A DNA stretch of 64,000 nucleotides, taken from Podarcis vaucheri (lineage: Eukaryota). The position numbers were made by a program, and so were the translations under genes. The notes below the pieces were generated by a model. It ran no database searches, had not been told where the DNA came from, and worked only from the letters and a program-made list of their open reading frames with translations. Shown here piece after piece: positions 39,142-51,809 of the stretch. Each line of letters starts with the position of its first letter. Within the stretch, counting starts at the first letter, position 1. The DNA lies in NCBI GenBank assembly GCA_965113315.1, contig OZ220364.1. One strand, 5' to 3'.

Positions 39142-39287
39142 CCGCGGCGGGTGAAGACGAAGGGGGTGGCCGAGCAGAGTCCCCGCGCCCGGGCCAGAGC
39201 CTGGTCCCCGCCCGGCCCCTCGGAGCCGCCCGGCCCGCCCGAGCCGAAGGGCCAGAGGCCCCGGGACTTGGAGCCGCTGGCGCCCAT
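39142..39287 (-). CDS. TUSC2: TUSC2 (FUS1) coding exon 1 (join 39287-39142, 36842-36722, 32733-32668 = 110 aa)
   Basis: MGASGSKSRGLWPFGSGGPGGSEGPGGDQALARARGLCSATPFVFTRR(G), read by hand. N-myristoylation motif MGxxxS, Kozak gccATGG, donor GG|gtaag; 146 nt. Confidence 0.96.
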
Positions 39288-39290
39288 GGC

Positions 39291-39305
39291 TCAGAGCGGC
39301 CGCAT
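39291..39305 (-). promoter_or_regulatory. Upstream ORF (MRPL*) in the TUSC2 5' UTR
   Basis: Minus strand reads gccATG CGG CCG CTC TGA gcc ATG GGC; the stop lies 3 nt before the main ATG. Confidence 0.75.
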
Positions 39306-41438
39306 GGCCGGGAAAGGGGAGCGGAGGGAGGGAGAGGAGCCTGCCGGTGCCTCCGGGGAGGCTGCTGGCAACGGCACCTTCCCCACACCGGAAAGCTCCG
39401 CCCCTCTCCCGGCGACGCAACTTCCAGTTCCGCCGCCTCCGGAAGTCCGCTTCCAAAAGAAGGTCGAAAGCGCCGCTCTGTAGCGGGGCCGCGGCGTGAC
39501 GCAACTTCCGCTCCCCTGTGGAGGTGACAGCGTGCTGCCTGTGCAGGGCGAGAGTGGGTGGGGGAAGCAGGATCCAAATTCTCAATAGGACGATTGAGAC
39601 AGACAGCTATAATACTTCCATCAGAGTCCAGCGCTCAAAACTACACTTCCAACACACCTCTAAGCAAGTGGCAATAGGATTGCTGGCCTCCATTAATGCA
39701 AATGCTGCTACAAGCAGACTGATGCAAGTAGCGAGATCAGTATGTGAGTTGGTTTCCAAACAAATTACCTTTCTGGTAAAAAGAAACTGTCATTCAAGAA
39801 ATTCAGATTACCTATATTATTTTAACAAAGAAATACCCAAATCTGCAGTCCTACTTATTTGTAGCTTCAATGGGCTCACTGGTACACTTCCAATTTCTGT
39901 TATGTATGATTTTATGCTGCAATGCTGAAAAAACTTAAGTCAACGGGACTTATTCCTAACTAACATGTTTATGAACAGGTGCAGTGTGATGCAATGTTTG
40001 GGGAAAGGTGAAGCCAAAAATGACTTAAAAGTCCATAGCATTTGCATATCCAAGCCAATTTCTATTCCCATAACAATACAAACTGCATCCATGAAAATAT
40101 ATTTAAGGCTGAGATGTAAACAAAATTGTCTTCCACACTCTCTCTCCTCAGTTACTAGGGCTGCACTGAAAATTCACCTCTTTTAATCTTCAGGCCGAAA
40201 GTGTATTTCAGAGGCAGAATGTATCTCTCATACCCTAAGTTATGCAAAAATTCCTATTCACTGGCATTTTCCCCCCTTGATCTTTTACATCTCCCTCTCT
40301 TACACTGGGTTGTCAGCTTGATAATATAACCACACAAGGAAACCAACCTGAAATGGGAACCACATAATGAACTGGATGTCATTTTGGAAGCAGTAATGCT
40401 TTTGAATACCAACTAGTTGCTGGAAACCACAAGAGGGGAGAGTACTCTTGAGCACAAATCCTGCTTGTGGGTTTCTCAGTGATCTGGTTGGCCACTGTCA
40501 GAAGATGCTGGGCTAGATGGGCCATTGGCCTCATCCAGCAGACTCCTATGATGTTCATACACTATATAGCCTGATTTGGCTATGCCATCACTAGTAAGGA
40601 CAAACAAATCCAGTTCAGAATTGTCCTTGAATTGGGTAACTCTTTTAAGTCCTTTCACAGAATACATTTTCCTGTTGTTGAAAACGGAGGTGTATTGAAG
40701 TGCTCTGTGAGAATCACATGCACAATGACCCATGCTTTGGCTATAAAAATCTAGTTCACAAGTTATTGGGACTGAAAAATAATTTTGCCAGCAGGATGGT
40801 GCCCAACACACAAGCTTGACAAAGAGCAACCCATTAAGTACAGAGGAACTGCATGGCCACAATCTGACAAGGGGAAAAAACGTGTCTTTGCAGCACTGAG
40901 GTATGGATGACACTGTCTCTGGTCCTTAGAGAGTCTTTGATATTCTAGGGTTTATGTGCAGTCTGCTGTGACTTCAGCAGACCACTTTGGTAGCCAGCAG
41001 CCACACAAGATTTTTGTTTTGCAGATGATATTTGTTAAGTACAGTACACTATCTTGCCTAGGCCTGGACTACAAGGTATGAAAAAGAAATAGTTTTATTG
41101 TTTTTCGAATGTGTCTTTTTATATTTTATCTTATTGTACCTTTGGCTATGAAGTGTTTATAAATCTGCAAAATGAAATAAATAATATGAAATGGCTTGTG
41201 GATCCCAATGTACCTGATAACATTATTGGAAGTAGGCACCAAGGTAGTTGTGGGAGATATAATAGGCTTATTAACCAATAAATACATGGATTTACAGAAC
41301 TGCATCAATATCTTCTGCATGTGATGTCCTGTGGGGTCTTGAGGGCTCAACAACTCTCTGTTCTAAGGAAGGCATTCTGTTTAGGGGTCACCTATTCTGC
41401 TTCAATTCCAGAGTTAATAGTCACCTTAATACAAACTA

Positions 41439-41805
41439 GGGACGCGGGTGGTGCTGTGGTCTAAACCACCGAGCCTAGGGCTTGCCGATCAGAAGGTCAG
41501 CGGTTCGAATCCCCGCAGTGGGGTGAGCTCCCGTTGCTCAGTCCTAGCTCCTGCCAACCTAGCAGTTCGAAAGCATGTCAAAGTGCAAGTAGATAAAAAA
41601 GGTACTGTTCTGGCAGGAAGGTAAACAGCATTTCTGTGCGCTGCGCTGGTTTCGCCAGAAGCAGCTTAGTCATGCTGGCCACATGACTTGGAAAAACTGT
41701 CTGCAGACAAAACATCGGCTCCCTCGGCCAGTAAAGCGAGATGAGCACTACAACCCCAAGAGTCGTTCGTTACTGGACTTAACTGTCAGGGGTCCTTTAC
41801 CTTTA
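41439..41805 (+). mobile_element. Full-length Sauria SINE
   Basis: Same head, B-box and tail as the 11406 copy. TSD aatacaaact at 41428-41437 and 41806-41815. Confidence 0.92.
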
Positions 41806-42226
41806 AATACAAACTGCTTCTTGCTTTGAAATATAGTTTGGGTATCAGAAGGGGCAATCAGCAACAGAAAATGTTTTGAAAAGTAAGGATTGCATTTTAG
41901 AGATTCTCTCATTGGCATCTACACCAAACTGAAACCATCCTAGGATGCTGTAATTGAAAGCTGTGGTGGACCCTGACTTGACCCTAATCTATCATATATC
42001 TACATTTTGATTTCATACCAACTGTTGGATGTCCTTTTTGAAATCTGAGAGATGGGTGGCAAAGGGCCAGAGTTAGGAGCACAGAACAGGAGTACAGTCT
42101 TGGTGGGAGAACTGCATTTTCCACTTATACTTCTCTAGTTTATCGACTGTGGAATGACCTTATTGTCCCAACATAATAGTAGTTCTCAAACACATAGTAC
42201 ACCACGCATTTCTCACCCCTGAATCT

Positions 42227-42232
42227 TTTATT
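42227..42232 (-). terminator. Candidate RASSF1 polyadenylation signal (3' UTR about 1.5 kb)
   Basis: AATAAA on the minus strand followed by GU-rich sequence (gcgtggtgtactatgtgtttg). Other AATAAA hexamers occur nearby, so usage is not proven. Confidence 0.55.
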
Positions 42233-43706
42233 GAATTGTATACAAGCAGCACCATTCATAACTTGAGCCCCCAAGGTTTTTAATCCATTGGATTCTCAAG
42301 ACAGATAACAAGACAGTCCTGATTTGAAAAACTACTCTTCAGAAGGGTTGGCCAAGACTGGGAGGTCCATTTTCCTTTGGATACCTGGTCTGGAGAGTGT
42401 TTCAGAGTTTAAAAAGAACAAAACACTTATTGCAGTACAAATACCCCCTCCACCAATGTTCAACTACTACACACAGACAGTTTTATTTCCTGCCAGGTCG
42501 TGCCCAAGTCAAGGTTGCCTTTCAAGACATACACCAATGCCTCTCATGCATGTCTATGAGAGATTGCAACTTATAAAGGAGGGTGGCCAAAGCTATGGTT
42601 GCCTTCAGCAGAAGAGAAATCTGAATCCTGATGATGTTACATCCCTGGTTTTCAGATTTTTTATAACTAGAGACAAATTCTGTCTGGGCAATAAAAAGTG
42701 TCTCTCTGTTCCTTCTTCCATGGGTTATTTGGGGGTCCTTGATCACTGCTCTTACCAAACTATTCTATATTTATATTGTTTTTTATAGTCATTTTTTTCT
42801 GAGGAATCAACCATAGTCCAAATATCATTTCTAGATACTATTTTTATTGCAATTATGGTGCATTTTGGTCTGCATGTCCTTTCCTATGTATCAGAAAAAT
42901 AATCAGGAACTCTGCCTTTTCTTTGGGTTCTGCTAATCAGACTTTCCTTTGGCATTTGTTGATTCTGGTTCAATTACTCTTGACTCCCATTCAGATCCAT
43001 CTGAGATGGGAGTCAACAGACTTTTTCTTCATTGTTTTTTATGACCACAGTCTGAGCAAAGTCCATATAGGCAGGTAGTTCTATTCTGCTAGCAGTCTTA
43101 CTGTTATATGAATCAGTATCAATCTCAACAAATAAAGACATGATTGAACATATAGATCAATCCATGGGCCTTCAAAGTTTGATTCCGATAGAAATACAAA
43201 AATTGTATTTTGAAGCAAGGTGCTTGCTAAGGCCACCTCCCTTCTTGGAAATACATCAGAGTTTGAGGCCACTTTGATTTATTTTGCTTATGTTAAATCT
43301 CAAGTGATCTTTGCACCAAGTCCACATAACCCTCATTTGGACACACTGTAGGTATAAAAGTGGCATTAGCATCCTGGCACTTTGAAAGTAGCTGCTGTAG
43401 CAAGGCTACTCAAATTCTCATCTTCAAACACATCCCACAGGCACTTCCTTACTTCCCCAACTGATCCCATTGCATCATGCATGCAACATCTGTATTAACC
43501 ACTCACTCCATGGAGAGCACACACACATGCACCAGTCACGGGCTCACAAACCCCTGTTGTCCCTTCCCACCCTACGCCCCTCCAGAGATACATTCAACCC
43601 ACACAATCGCAGGATCGCTTCACTCGTAGTCTTCTTGGCTTCACCACTTCTCTGCATCTGGCATCTTATATTTACTGGAGTGCTGGGTCTGGGATGGAGC
43701 ACCTCG

Positions 43707-43853
43707 TCAACCTGGTGTGCGGGCGGCCAGAGCCTCTTGCATCTTTTGGCGGCAATGGGAATATTTCTGCAGGATTTGTCGAATATGCTCTTCCTCTTCA
43801 CGCTGCAAGATACGCAGGAAGTTCTGTAGCTCAGGCATACTAAAGGCATCCCA
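43707..43853 (-). CDS. RASSF1: RASSF1 exon 6 coding part (SARAH domain, stop)
   Basis: WDAFSMPELQNFLRILQREEEEHIRQILQKYSHCRQKMQEALAARTPG*; acceptor ctgcag|TGG. Confidence 0.97.
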   Translation of the reverse strand, partial: WDAFSMPELQNFLRILQREEEEHIRQILQKYSHCRQKMQEALAARTPG

Positions 43854-45226
43854 CTGCAGAAAAATGTGAAAAGGAAGTAGTGACCACAGTGCTGATGGCA
43901 CCTGTATTAGTATTACAGTCATGAGCTCAGTGGTACTCCAGGTAGAAGCACAGCTTTACTGGTAAGGAGGGAACCTAGACTTGTGGCAAGAGGTCAATGA
44001 TGAATGCATGTAGAACAAGGCAGAAAAATAGCCAGAGTGTGTATAAGGGTGGTATATCTGGATTTCACAATGCTCCAAGATTCAGGAACAATACTGAAAC
44101 AGGACTGCACAGATAACTAGCATTTTCAAGATTTCAGGAAAGATTTTAACCTAAAGTAAGCATTTGTTATTGCAAATGCTAAGATGCTATGAACAGTGTA
44201 GAACAGATCCATTTGTAATTCATTTTCCCATGTTATACACTCTTGACCGTGGGAATTAATTAATCAACAGTGTCTATGAGTAGTTCAGGAACTATGTTCT
44301 ACCACATTATTCCATTATGTTAGATTTTTTCTACCATGAACATCACCTTTAACAGCTCTGCTCTACAATCAATCTTGTTCTACAATTAACTCCCTGGGTC
44401 ATTTTCAATGGGGCAATAAAGTGTCATCAAGCCACGATGTTTGAATTTTTAAATCATGCTCTAGAGAATATTCTTTTTTTTTACCGAAGGTTCAGCCCTT
44501 AACTTAAAAACCCCTCAAGCTCCCATCTATTAGAATGTATCATGTGTCAACATGAAACAAGAACAGATAGCATGTATGCTGCTGCTTTTGTTCATACTTA
44601 TAAATTAGCCATAGTTTTTTTCCTGAAATACATTAAATCAAAAGGTGTTATGATCCCCAGCATTAATTGGCATCCAGTTCAGCATGTTTGACTTCAAGTT
44701 TTTCCAACCATAAAACTCAACTATTTGATTGGGGGAAAGGCTGGAATAATTTAATTCAGTTTAAATGCTTTGTTTGAACCAAAGCTTTACTCAAAAGGGC
44801 CTTTTTTTACTGGAACAAATGTAAATATTTTAAGGGATGACAAATAGCACATATTGCATCCCTACATACCCCAATTTTTAAAAAAAGAAAAATAATGTAG
44901 CACTGGCAGCTGTTACTAATTTTTGCAAACCCACAGAGCTGTGCACCATGTATGTTCAAGGTACAACTTCCTGACAGAGTACAAATTTGTATCCACTGAT
45001 TATGTTAAAGAATACATTTTTAGAAATGTAATGTTTTCTGCAAGAAAAATAATTGTGGTGAAAAAGTTTCTACTCTGTATCACTAGTTAAAGCCAACCAC
45101 ACAACTGGAACTAGGAGCATGAGTGCCCTTCTTTTATCTACTGAGATAAAGATAAGTTAACTTGATAGCAAATATTATAGGCTTTGTCAGTTCTGCATAA
45201 CTTGACATGGAAACTCAGACAAACCA

Positions 45227-45294
45227 TAATAATAATAATAAATTTTATTTATATCCCGCCCTCCCCAGCCGAAGCCGGGCTCAGGGCGGCTAAC
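45227..45294 (-). mobile_element. Short L2-type 3' tail in RASSF1 intron 5
   Basis: Minus strand gttagccgccctgagccc...gggagggcgggatataaataaaat(tta)n. CpGs are intact and it is flanked by an acaaac duplication. Confidence 0.7.
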
Positions 45295-45310
45295 AAACAC
45301 AAATACTCAC

Positions 45311-45426
45311 ATTGACTTCTCCAGTTTCATTTTCCTTCAGGACAAAGCTCAGTGCTTTTTCACTAGGACCAGCTAGTAGCCGGAGACGCAGGGGCTGCTC
45401 CTCATCAGAAAGCTTGCGGAGATATA
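45311..45426 (-). CDS. RASSF1: RASSF1 exon 5 (end of RA domain)
   Basis: (V)YLRKLSDEEQPLRLRLLAGPSEKALSFVLKENETGEVN, read by hand because it is absent from the ORF track. Acceptor tgtcag|TA, donor AAT|gtgagt; 116 nt (2 + 38 codons), completing the phase of exon 4. Confidence 0.96.
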
Positions 45427-46201
45427 CTGACACACAAGAACATTAGAAGTGGAATTAAATGAAGAACTCAATCACCCTGACTCTGTATAACAGTCACCTG
45501 GACAAATCAGATTGGCCCTTGTTTACTTTAAGCAGTCTATTTTTTGCCAGCAGAGGGTGCTGTTAATCTACTAGTTTTCCATTTCCATTTCTTTTAGTAA
45601 GCAGTGCTGCAGGGAACAGGTCAGGAAAAGCCGATGTAAGGAAGATTCAGCTTTTCTTCCTTCCAGCCTGCCTCAGTCAGCAGCAACATAAAATGATGAG
45701 ACACAGTCTAATACAGACCTATAATTAACAATAATGAGAATACAGTCTTATATAAAGCTTCTCTGCTACATCAGCAGAAACTTCAAAAATGAAGTCAGAA
45801 CTATATTTAGAATCGTCAGTAGAAAGTGAACAAACTTGCTCTGTATGATTTACGGACTGCTTTCTCTCAACCTCTTCTTATTCTAGGACTAATTGCTAAG
45901 ATTACATCACTTGGCTTCAGACAATGTATTAATAAATCAGCTTCACAAGTAAGTGCAAAAATTAAGGGCCCACAAAATTTTACTAGCCTCTTTGCTCATT
46001 AACACTTATGTTAGTTGTTCACTGCACTCTAACAACCTAAGCAAAGAAATGAACTTCTTCCCATCTGATAAAACCTTCCTTTCCTGGCCAACTGGAACCA
46101 ATTTTTATTTGCTGCAGGTTACTAGGCAAGCTGCTGTTTAGAAGTCTGCAATATGTTACATGTTGGCTTCTCAAAAAACTGGGAAGGGGGAGATCAGGTA
46201 C

Positions 46202-46499
46202 CTTGGTCATCCTTTTCTGTTCTCTCAAAGAGGGCAAACTTGCGGGGATTGTCAACTACCATGAATTTCTTCAGCAGAGCTTCAATGACCTCACTGGCAC
46301 GTGTACAAGAAATTAAATGCAGGTGCTTGATTGTGTCCTTGGGTAGGTAGAATGAGGTGCGCCGCTTTACTGCCTGGCTGCGTGAGGAGCACTTCCTGGT
46401 GTCCTGGATAGAGGGCGCCTTCTTATTGGCAGGTACTGAGACAGGCCGTATCAGCTTTAATTGCACCTTGATGAAACCAGTGTAGGAACCATCTTTGTT
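46202..46499 (-). CDS. RASSF1: RASSF1 exon 4 (Ras-association domain)
   Basis: NKDGSYTGFIKVQLKLIRPVSVP...KRRTSFYLPKDTIKHLHL...EVIEALLKKFMVVDNPRKFALFERTEKDDQ. Acceptor ctacag|AAC, donor G|gtacc; 298 nt (99 codons + 1). Confidence 0.97.
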
Positions 46500-46794
46500 C
46501 TGTAGGAGCAGAAGTACAGTAAGCATTGCATGAGGGTCACATGGTTGTAAAAGTAAGAATAAAAACAGGCTACAAGTCAGTGTCTCTGAGAGGCACAGAA
46601 GCCAAAGTTAATTCTCACAAACCTTGGAATGAACAGGGTTTTTCTACAAATACAGGATGCTATCAAAACAGGGATGGAATATGCTTGCGATGATTGCTAT
46701 ACAGTAGTTTTCATTTTAAGGATTACAATGATGGGACAGCAAATGCAGACATAGGCCTCCGAAGCTCAGCTACCAAGTTATACAGGTAAAACTC

Positions 46795-47057
46795 CCAACC
46801 TAGCAGTTCAAACGTATACCAGCGCAAGTAAAAAAATAGGTACCGCTGCGGCTGGAAGGTAAATGATGTTTCCATGCACTCTGGTTTCCATCACTGTGTC
46901 CCGTTGTGGCAGAAGTGGTTTAGTCATGCTGGCCACATGACTTGAAAAAACTGTCTGCAGACAAATGCCAGCTCCCTCAGTCTGAAAGTGGAGATGAGCA
47001 CTGCACCCCATAGTCAAATTCGACTGGACTTAACCATCCAACGGTCCTTTACCTTTT
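46795..47057 (+). mobile_element. 5'-truncated Sauria SINE in RASSF1 intron 3
   Basis: Begins ccaacctagcagttc, is colinear with the 3' part of the full copies, and ends ggtcctttacctttt. Confidence 0.85.
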
Positions 47058-47102
47058 AACCTTACTACAAGGGCTAAGAATTATATGTCTCCTGAAACTT
47101 AC

Positions 47103-47207
47103 CAAGCTCATGAAGAGGTTGCTGTTGATCTGACTGTTGTATTCTTTTATCCTTTGCTCAATCTCAGTTTGGGACAGAACTGGCTTGTCCCAGTCGATCT
47201 GTTCATC
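47103..47207 (-). CDS. RASSF1: RASSF1 exon 3 (ATM-site region)
   Basis: DEQIDWDKPVLSQTEIEQRIKEYNSQINSNLFMSL. Acceptor ctgcag|GAT, donor TTG|gtaag; 105 nt, phase 0-0. Confidence 0.97.
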
Positions 47208-50200
47208 CTGCAGAAGAGTAGGTAATCTGGAATTAGTTTTCAATGCAATCCCACAAATATAGTTCATTTCCCTTCATGGGAAGTTAAACCAACATTTGTT
47301 TAGCTACAAGTGATCAAGTAGTGCAGTGGATCAGACCTTGTATAAATTATGGAGGTGGTGTCAAGAGAAACTACAAGTTTCAGGTGAAGCTTTCTACATG
47401 CCAGTCCTCACCACTCCTTAGCTTGCTTTGGGGTTGAATGAACTCATTATACCAAGAAACAAAAACTTCCTGATTTCCATTCTCAGCTTCGAATGGTAGA
47501 TTACAAAATCCTTGTGTGCAAACAAATCATATGTGGGTGTGAGAAGAGGCTGATAATCACATCATGCCTGCTTGGTGTTACACCACCCCAGAAACATGAC
47601 TGTACATTGGCCCCATGATTAATATGCAACACCCAAGGATCAGAATTCTCTTACCATTAAAAAGGCTACAAAGTAGACTTATGCTGTACCTGCAAACTGC
47701 AGCATCTAACCACACCCTGAATTCCCAGAAGCTGCAAGAATAGGTATTCAGAACAATAGGGGTTACCAGTGTGGCACACATGTGCCTGCAAGGGCCTTTC
47801 TTGTACCCACTGGGTCCCCTCCTGCACTGAAATGAAGGCATGAAAGAAGTATTCTTACAGACAGTGAAACCCCCCCTCCTTTGAATAATAGAATGCCGTA
47901 TCTGCTGGCTTTCACAGTGTTGCAAAAATAATTTTTGATTTTTGGTAGGACACATACAGGGTGGTCTGTCATGAAGAGAAGCCACCATACAAAAAGTCTG
48001 CTTCAGTACACCAAAAAAGGCAACCACCCTTCTTGTGAAGCACTTGCTTTACTAATGCAGAGACCAGGGTTCTCTATTTAGAGCCAAACATCTACTCTCA
48101 AACATGCAGAAACGGAAGCAACACTTTTCAAAACATTTACTTCAAACTGAATTATGGAGAATTACATTGAGATACAGTTTCACCTCAAGGATCTAGCTCT
48201 ACCTCAAATAGGTACTTTGGCATTATGCACCATGGTGGTAATTCCAAATGGTTTCCACGTAAAGTAAACCCACTATGGTTTACGTTGCTAATACATGGAA
48301 CAGGCATCCGACTGAGATTAAAAGGTAATGGGGCTCTCAGAACAAAAAGGATCAACAGAGCCAGCTTCTTAAAAGACATTAACTTCTGACATTAGTAACT
48401 TAATACAGTATAGCCCTCAACCCACTGAAAGTCATGAATCTGTGTAATAAAAAGTTTGCTTTAATATGTACATTGTAGCACCTCTACAGAAGAGAAACTT
48501 CCTTCTACAGTACCTCTAGAATTACATGCTCAAAATGAGCACCCTTCTACATACACACCCACAACCAGTTTCTCTTTCAAATTTTCAGAAGCGAATTGCT
48601 CATGGTTGCATCAGCCTCTTTTCCTGTTGACATCACTCTTTTTGGTGGGGGGAGGGAGATTGTAGGGAATTCCAGATGAGCTCACCAAAAACCAATCAGA
48701 AATCTCCAGGGATTACTGGGAGCCACTTCCTTTCCCACTGCATGAGTAACCACATGAGCAAAAGGAAATGGGAGAGATCAGCTCCTATTCTCCCAGGGTC
48801 TCCTTCACAGAGGAGACCTATGAATAAAGCAATATGCAATCCTCTACACAGTATACATATAATACAAATCATTTTAGCTGGAGACATGGGAGCCAAGCAA
48901 TAATAATGCATTTGTGAGGCACTGACAATGTTTGTTATATGACCTTATATACTACTTCTAAAAAAATAACCCAGGACATCTTTTATTGATAAAGATGTAT
49001 ATTCATAAAAATACTGTTAATTAGAAAATGAACACAAACATCAATCACAATAGCAAGAAAAGGAAGCATGAAGATAAAATTATCAAAAGCAGTTCTAAGA
49101 TTTCATCATATCTTAACAGCCTGAGAAAAGCCTGGTGCTTCAAAAACAAGTTAAGGCACCAGGTAAGAAGCTCTCATTACTACTAGTCTTACCTCATTTG
49201 GTGGTGTGACCCTAAGGAAGGTGTCCAAGGTAGATCACAGCACACAGGCACGTTGGTGGGGTCATATATTGTTGGCAACCTGGGCCCATGTTGTGTGGAG
49301 TTTTGGAAGTAAAGCACCATCTCTTTGAATCATGTACAGAAATTAACCATGAGCCAGTGCTGGTCTTTAAGCAATAGCATGCCCTTCACATGGCCCGTTA
49401 GCAATCTTGTGGCTCTATTTTGAAATAGCTTGATAATACTTAAGCCACAGGAACAACTCCCAGGAATTAGTTCTCCCTTTGAAATTTAAGTAGTTTGAGA
49501 GACTGTTTGCAAAGGAAAATAGACTGGCATTTTTTGGGCACACCTCATGTAAATATGTGCTAAATTCAGCATTACAATTTAAGAGTTGTACGGCTAATAC
49601 TTGCAGAAGAATGGTACTTGGCCTAGAAAACCTGGCTGTGCGATAGCTCAAGACATTACAACTTGCCTGCCTACTGGCAGGTCAATCTAGAGACAACTTA
49701 TTTTACCATTTAGCTGAAATGGAAAAATCCTTCTGATTTCCAATGTTTAAAACAGAAGTGGGGAACCTCTAGCCCATGAGCCAAATTTGGCCTGGCAGAG
49801 GTCCCAATTTCATTTTCCCAAACCATGGCCACTTGCCCCACATCTGACATCATATGTGATGTCAAGTGTGGGGCAGGTACAGATGCAGCTGATCCTTGCA
49901 GAACAGCTGCATTGATTGAGTGACTAAGTTCCCATGGGAAACTTGACAGCACAGCAAATTCCTGCAGAAAGCAGCTTTACCAGCTATATGTTTGGCGCTG
50001 GCAAGCGCAGGGCTGGCAAAACCCCTTGCACTGCAGTTCCCAAATGCCTGACATCCTGCTAACATTTTAAAAACGTGTGATGGACTTTGACAGGTGGATG
50101 GGACACCCGGCATACCAATCATCTGGTGTTATAATGACTTCAAGTGATTTACAGATGGCTTGTTCTGCCCAGGGGGTAGGGAGTGATAGGAATCTGGGCC

Positions 50201-51552
50201 AAAAAGGTTTCCCACCCCTGGATTTAAACCATGAACTTTCAGCTCCAAGCATCCCATTCTCTGTTGGCAGGTAGTTGTTGCCCAGGCACTTTTAGCTGGC
50301 TCTTTCCATTAATTTTCTTACTCCTAAAGCAATGTCACATACCACTAAGCCATATTCACAGGTGTGGTGAAACAAAGTCCATTTCTGTGCCATATAAAAC
50401 TAGTGAGCACTGTGAATTACAGAATAATGTATTGCCACTTGGTTCACACAATGCATGGCTTGCAAAACAACAATGTACCCTCTAAATCTAGATGAGTTCA
50501 AAGTACAGGGCAGATATTCCATGTGCTAGAATCATCGGCACTATAAATTTTTTCTGTCAATTTAATTTTGCTTTGTTTCTATCCATGCTTTTTATATGGC
50601 TTCTATAGCTATTATAGGTAGTATATTACAGAGTAGTAGAGGAGGTGCTTGCAGTCTTCTCTGTTTCAACTGCCCTTCTTTGCCTGCCAAGGCAAACTAC
50701 CAACTGCCTTTGGAAAGGATACCAGGAAAGTGAGTAAGAAAGGTGAAATGAAGTATGCCCCTGCTTCAGCTGGAGTCATCCACTACTAGGTGCCCTGTGG
50801 GAAGGATCCTTATGGCTTGGTATTTGTTAATTTTGATTACTGTGTGTGCGTGTTAATATGCATTGATGGTACTTGTAAATAATTTTGGAAGGATTTGTAT
50901 CCTGAAAAGTGTAATATAAATAAGTGTAACAATAACAGAGATGGGGCGCCTCCTTTCCCAAGCAGAATCAGGAACAGAATCAGTGCCATGCTACAAGTGT
51001 GCCTCACAACACAATCTGTATGACTTACTTCTTCAAGAGAGTCCTGGGGAGATACTCTACTTACCTGGTTGAAATCATCTGCCTAGTCAGCATACTCATT
51101 TATGTAGTATTCATATTTTACAAGCATTTTAAAAGCTTCCAACCCATCCCCCACAACCCATTTTATGGCTGAAGAACCAAGGTCAAGAGTTACTTTTCCA
51201 AGATCAGAGCTTTCCAAACTATGTGTCACAGTGTGTAGGTGTGTCACGCAAATGCTCCCCATGCTCCTCCCAGGGCTGGTACCCTTTATCTTTACATTGC
51301 TAGTAAAACTGAATTACTGTGTCACGAAATTATGCATGTCTAAAAAGTGTGTTACCAACATGAAAGGTTTGAAAAGCTCTCATATAGATGAATCCTTCAG
51401 AGCTAAATTGTTTATCATATCCCTTCAACAACAACAGGATTTGCCATACTAGCTATATAGCAATATTTGCAGCACATTCAGCTTAAGGGCAACATGTTAT
51501 TCTACTTAACAGACTCTAGAAAACTGCCACATTAGCTCTTTTTCTGACATAA

Positions 51553-51809
51553 AAAAGGTAAAGATAAAGGACCCCTGACAGTTAAGTCCAGTCGCAGACA
51601 ACTCTGGGGTTGGGGCGCTCATCTTGCTTTGCAGGTCAAGGGAGCAGGTGTTTGTCTGCAGACAGTTTTTCCGGGTCATGTGGACAGCATGACTAAGGTG
51701 CAACGGAACACTGAAACCAGAGCAGCGCACGAAAACGCCGTTTACCTTCCCACCGGAGCGGTACCTATTTATCTACTTGTACTTTTAGTGTGCTTTCGAA
51801 CTGCTAGGT
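51553..51809 (-). mobile_element. 5'-truncated Sauria SINE
   Basis: Reverse complement of the SINE 3' part (aaaggtaaag...gaactgctaggt). TSD tgacataa at 51545-51552 and 51810-51817. Confidence 0.88.

Larger units (their letters stand above)
38690..39560 (-). promoter_or_regulatory. CpG island / TUSC2 promoter
   Basis: CpG-dense. ETS/GABP motifs ccggaagt (39439) and acttccg (39503), CRE-like cgtgacgca (near 39496), GC box ctccgccc (near 39396); no TATA box seen. Confidence 0.85.

Noticed and set aside
38444-39928. Long overlapping ORFs (up to 218 aa) on both strands at the TUSC2 5' end
   Set aside because: CpG-island artefacts. The true exon 1 frame is a different one, identified by homology and splice phase.
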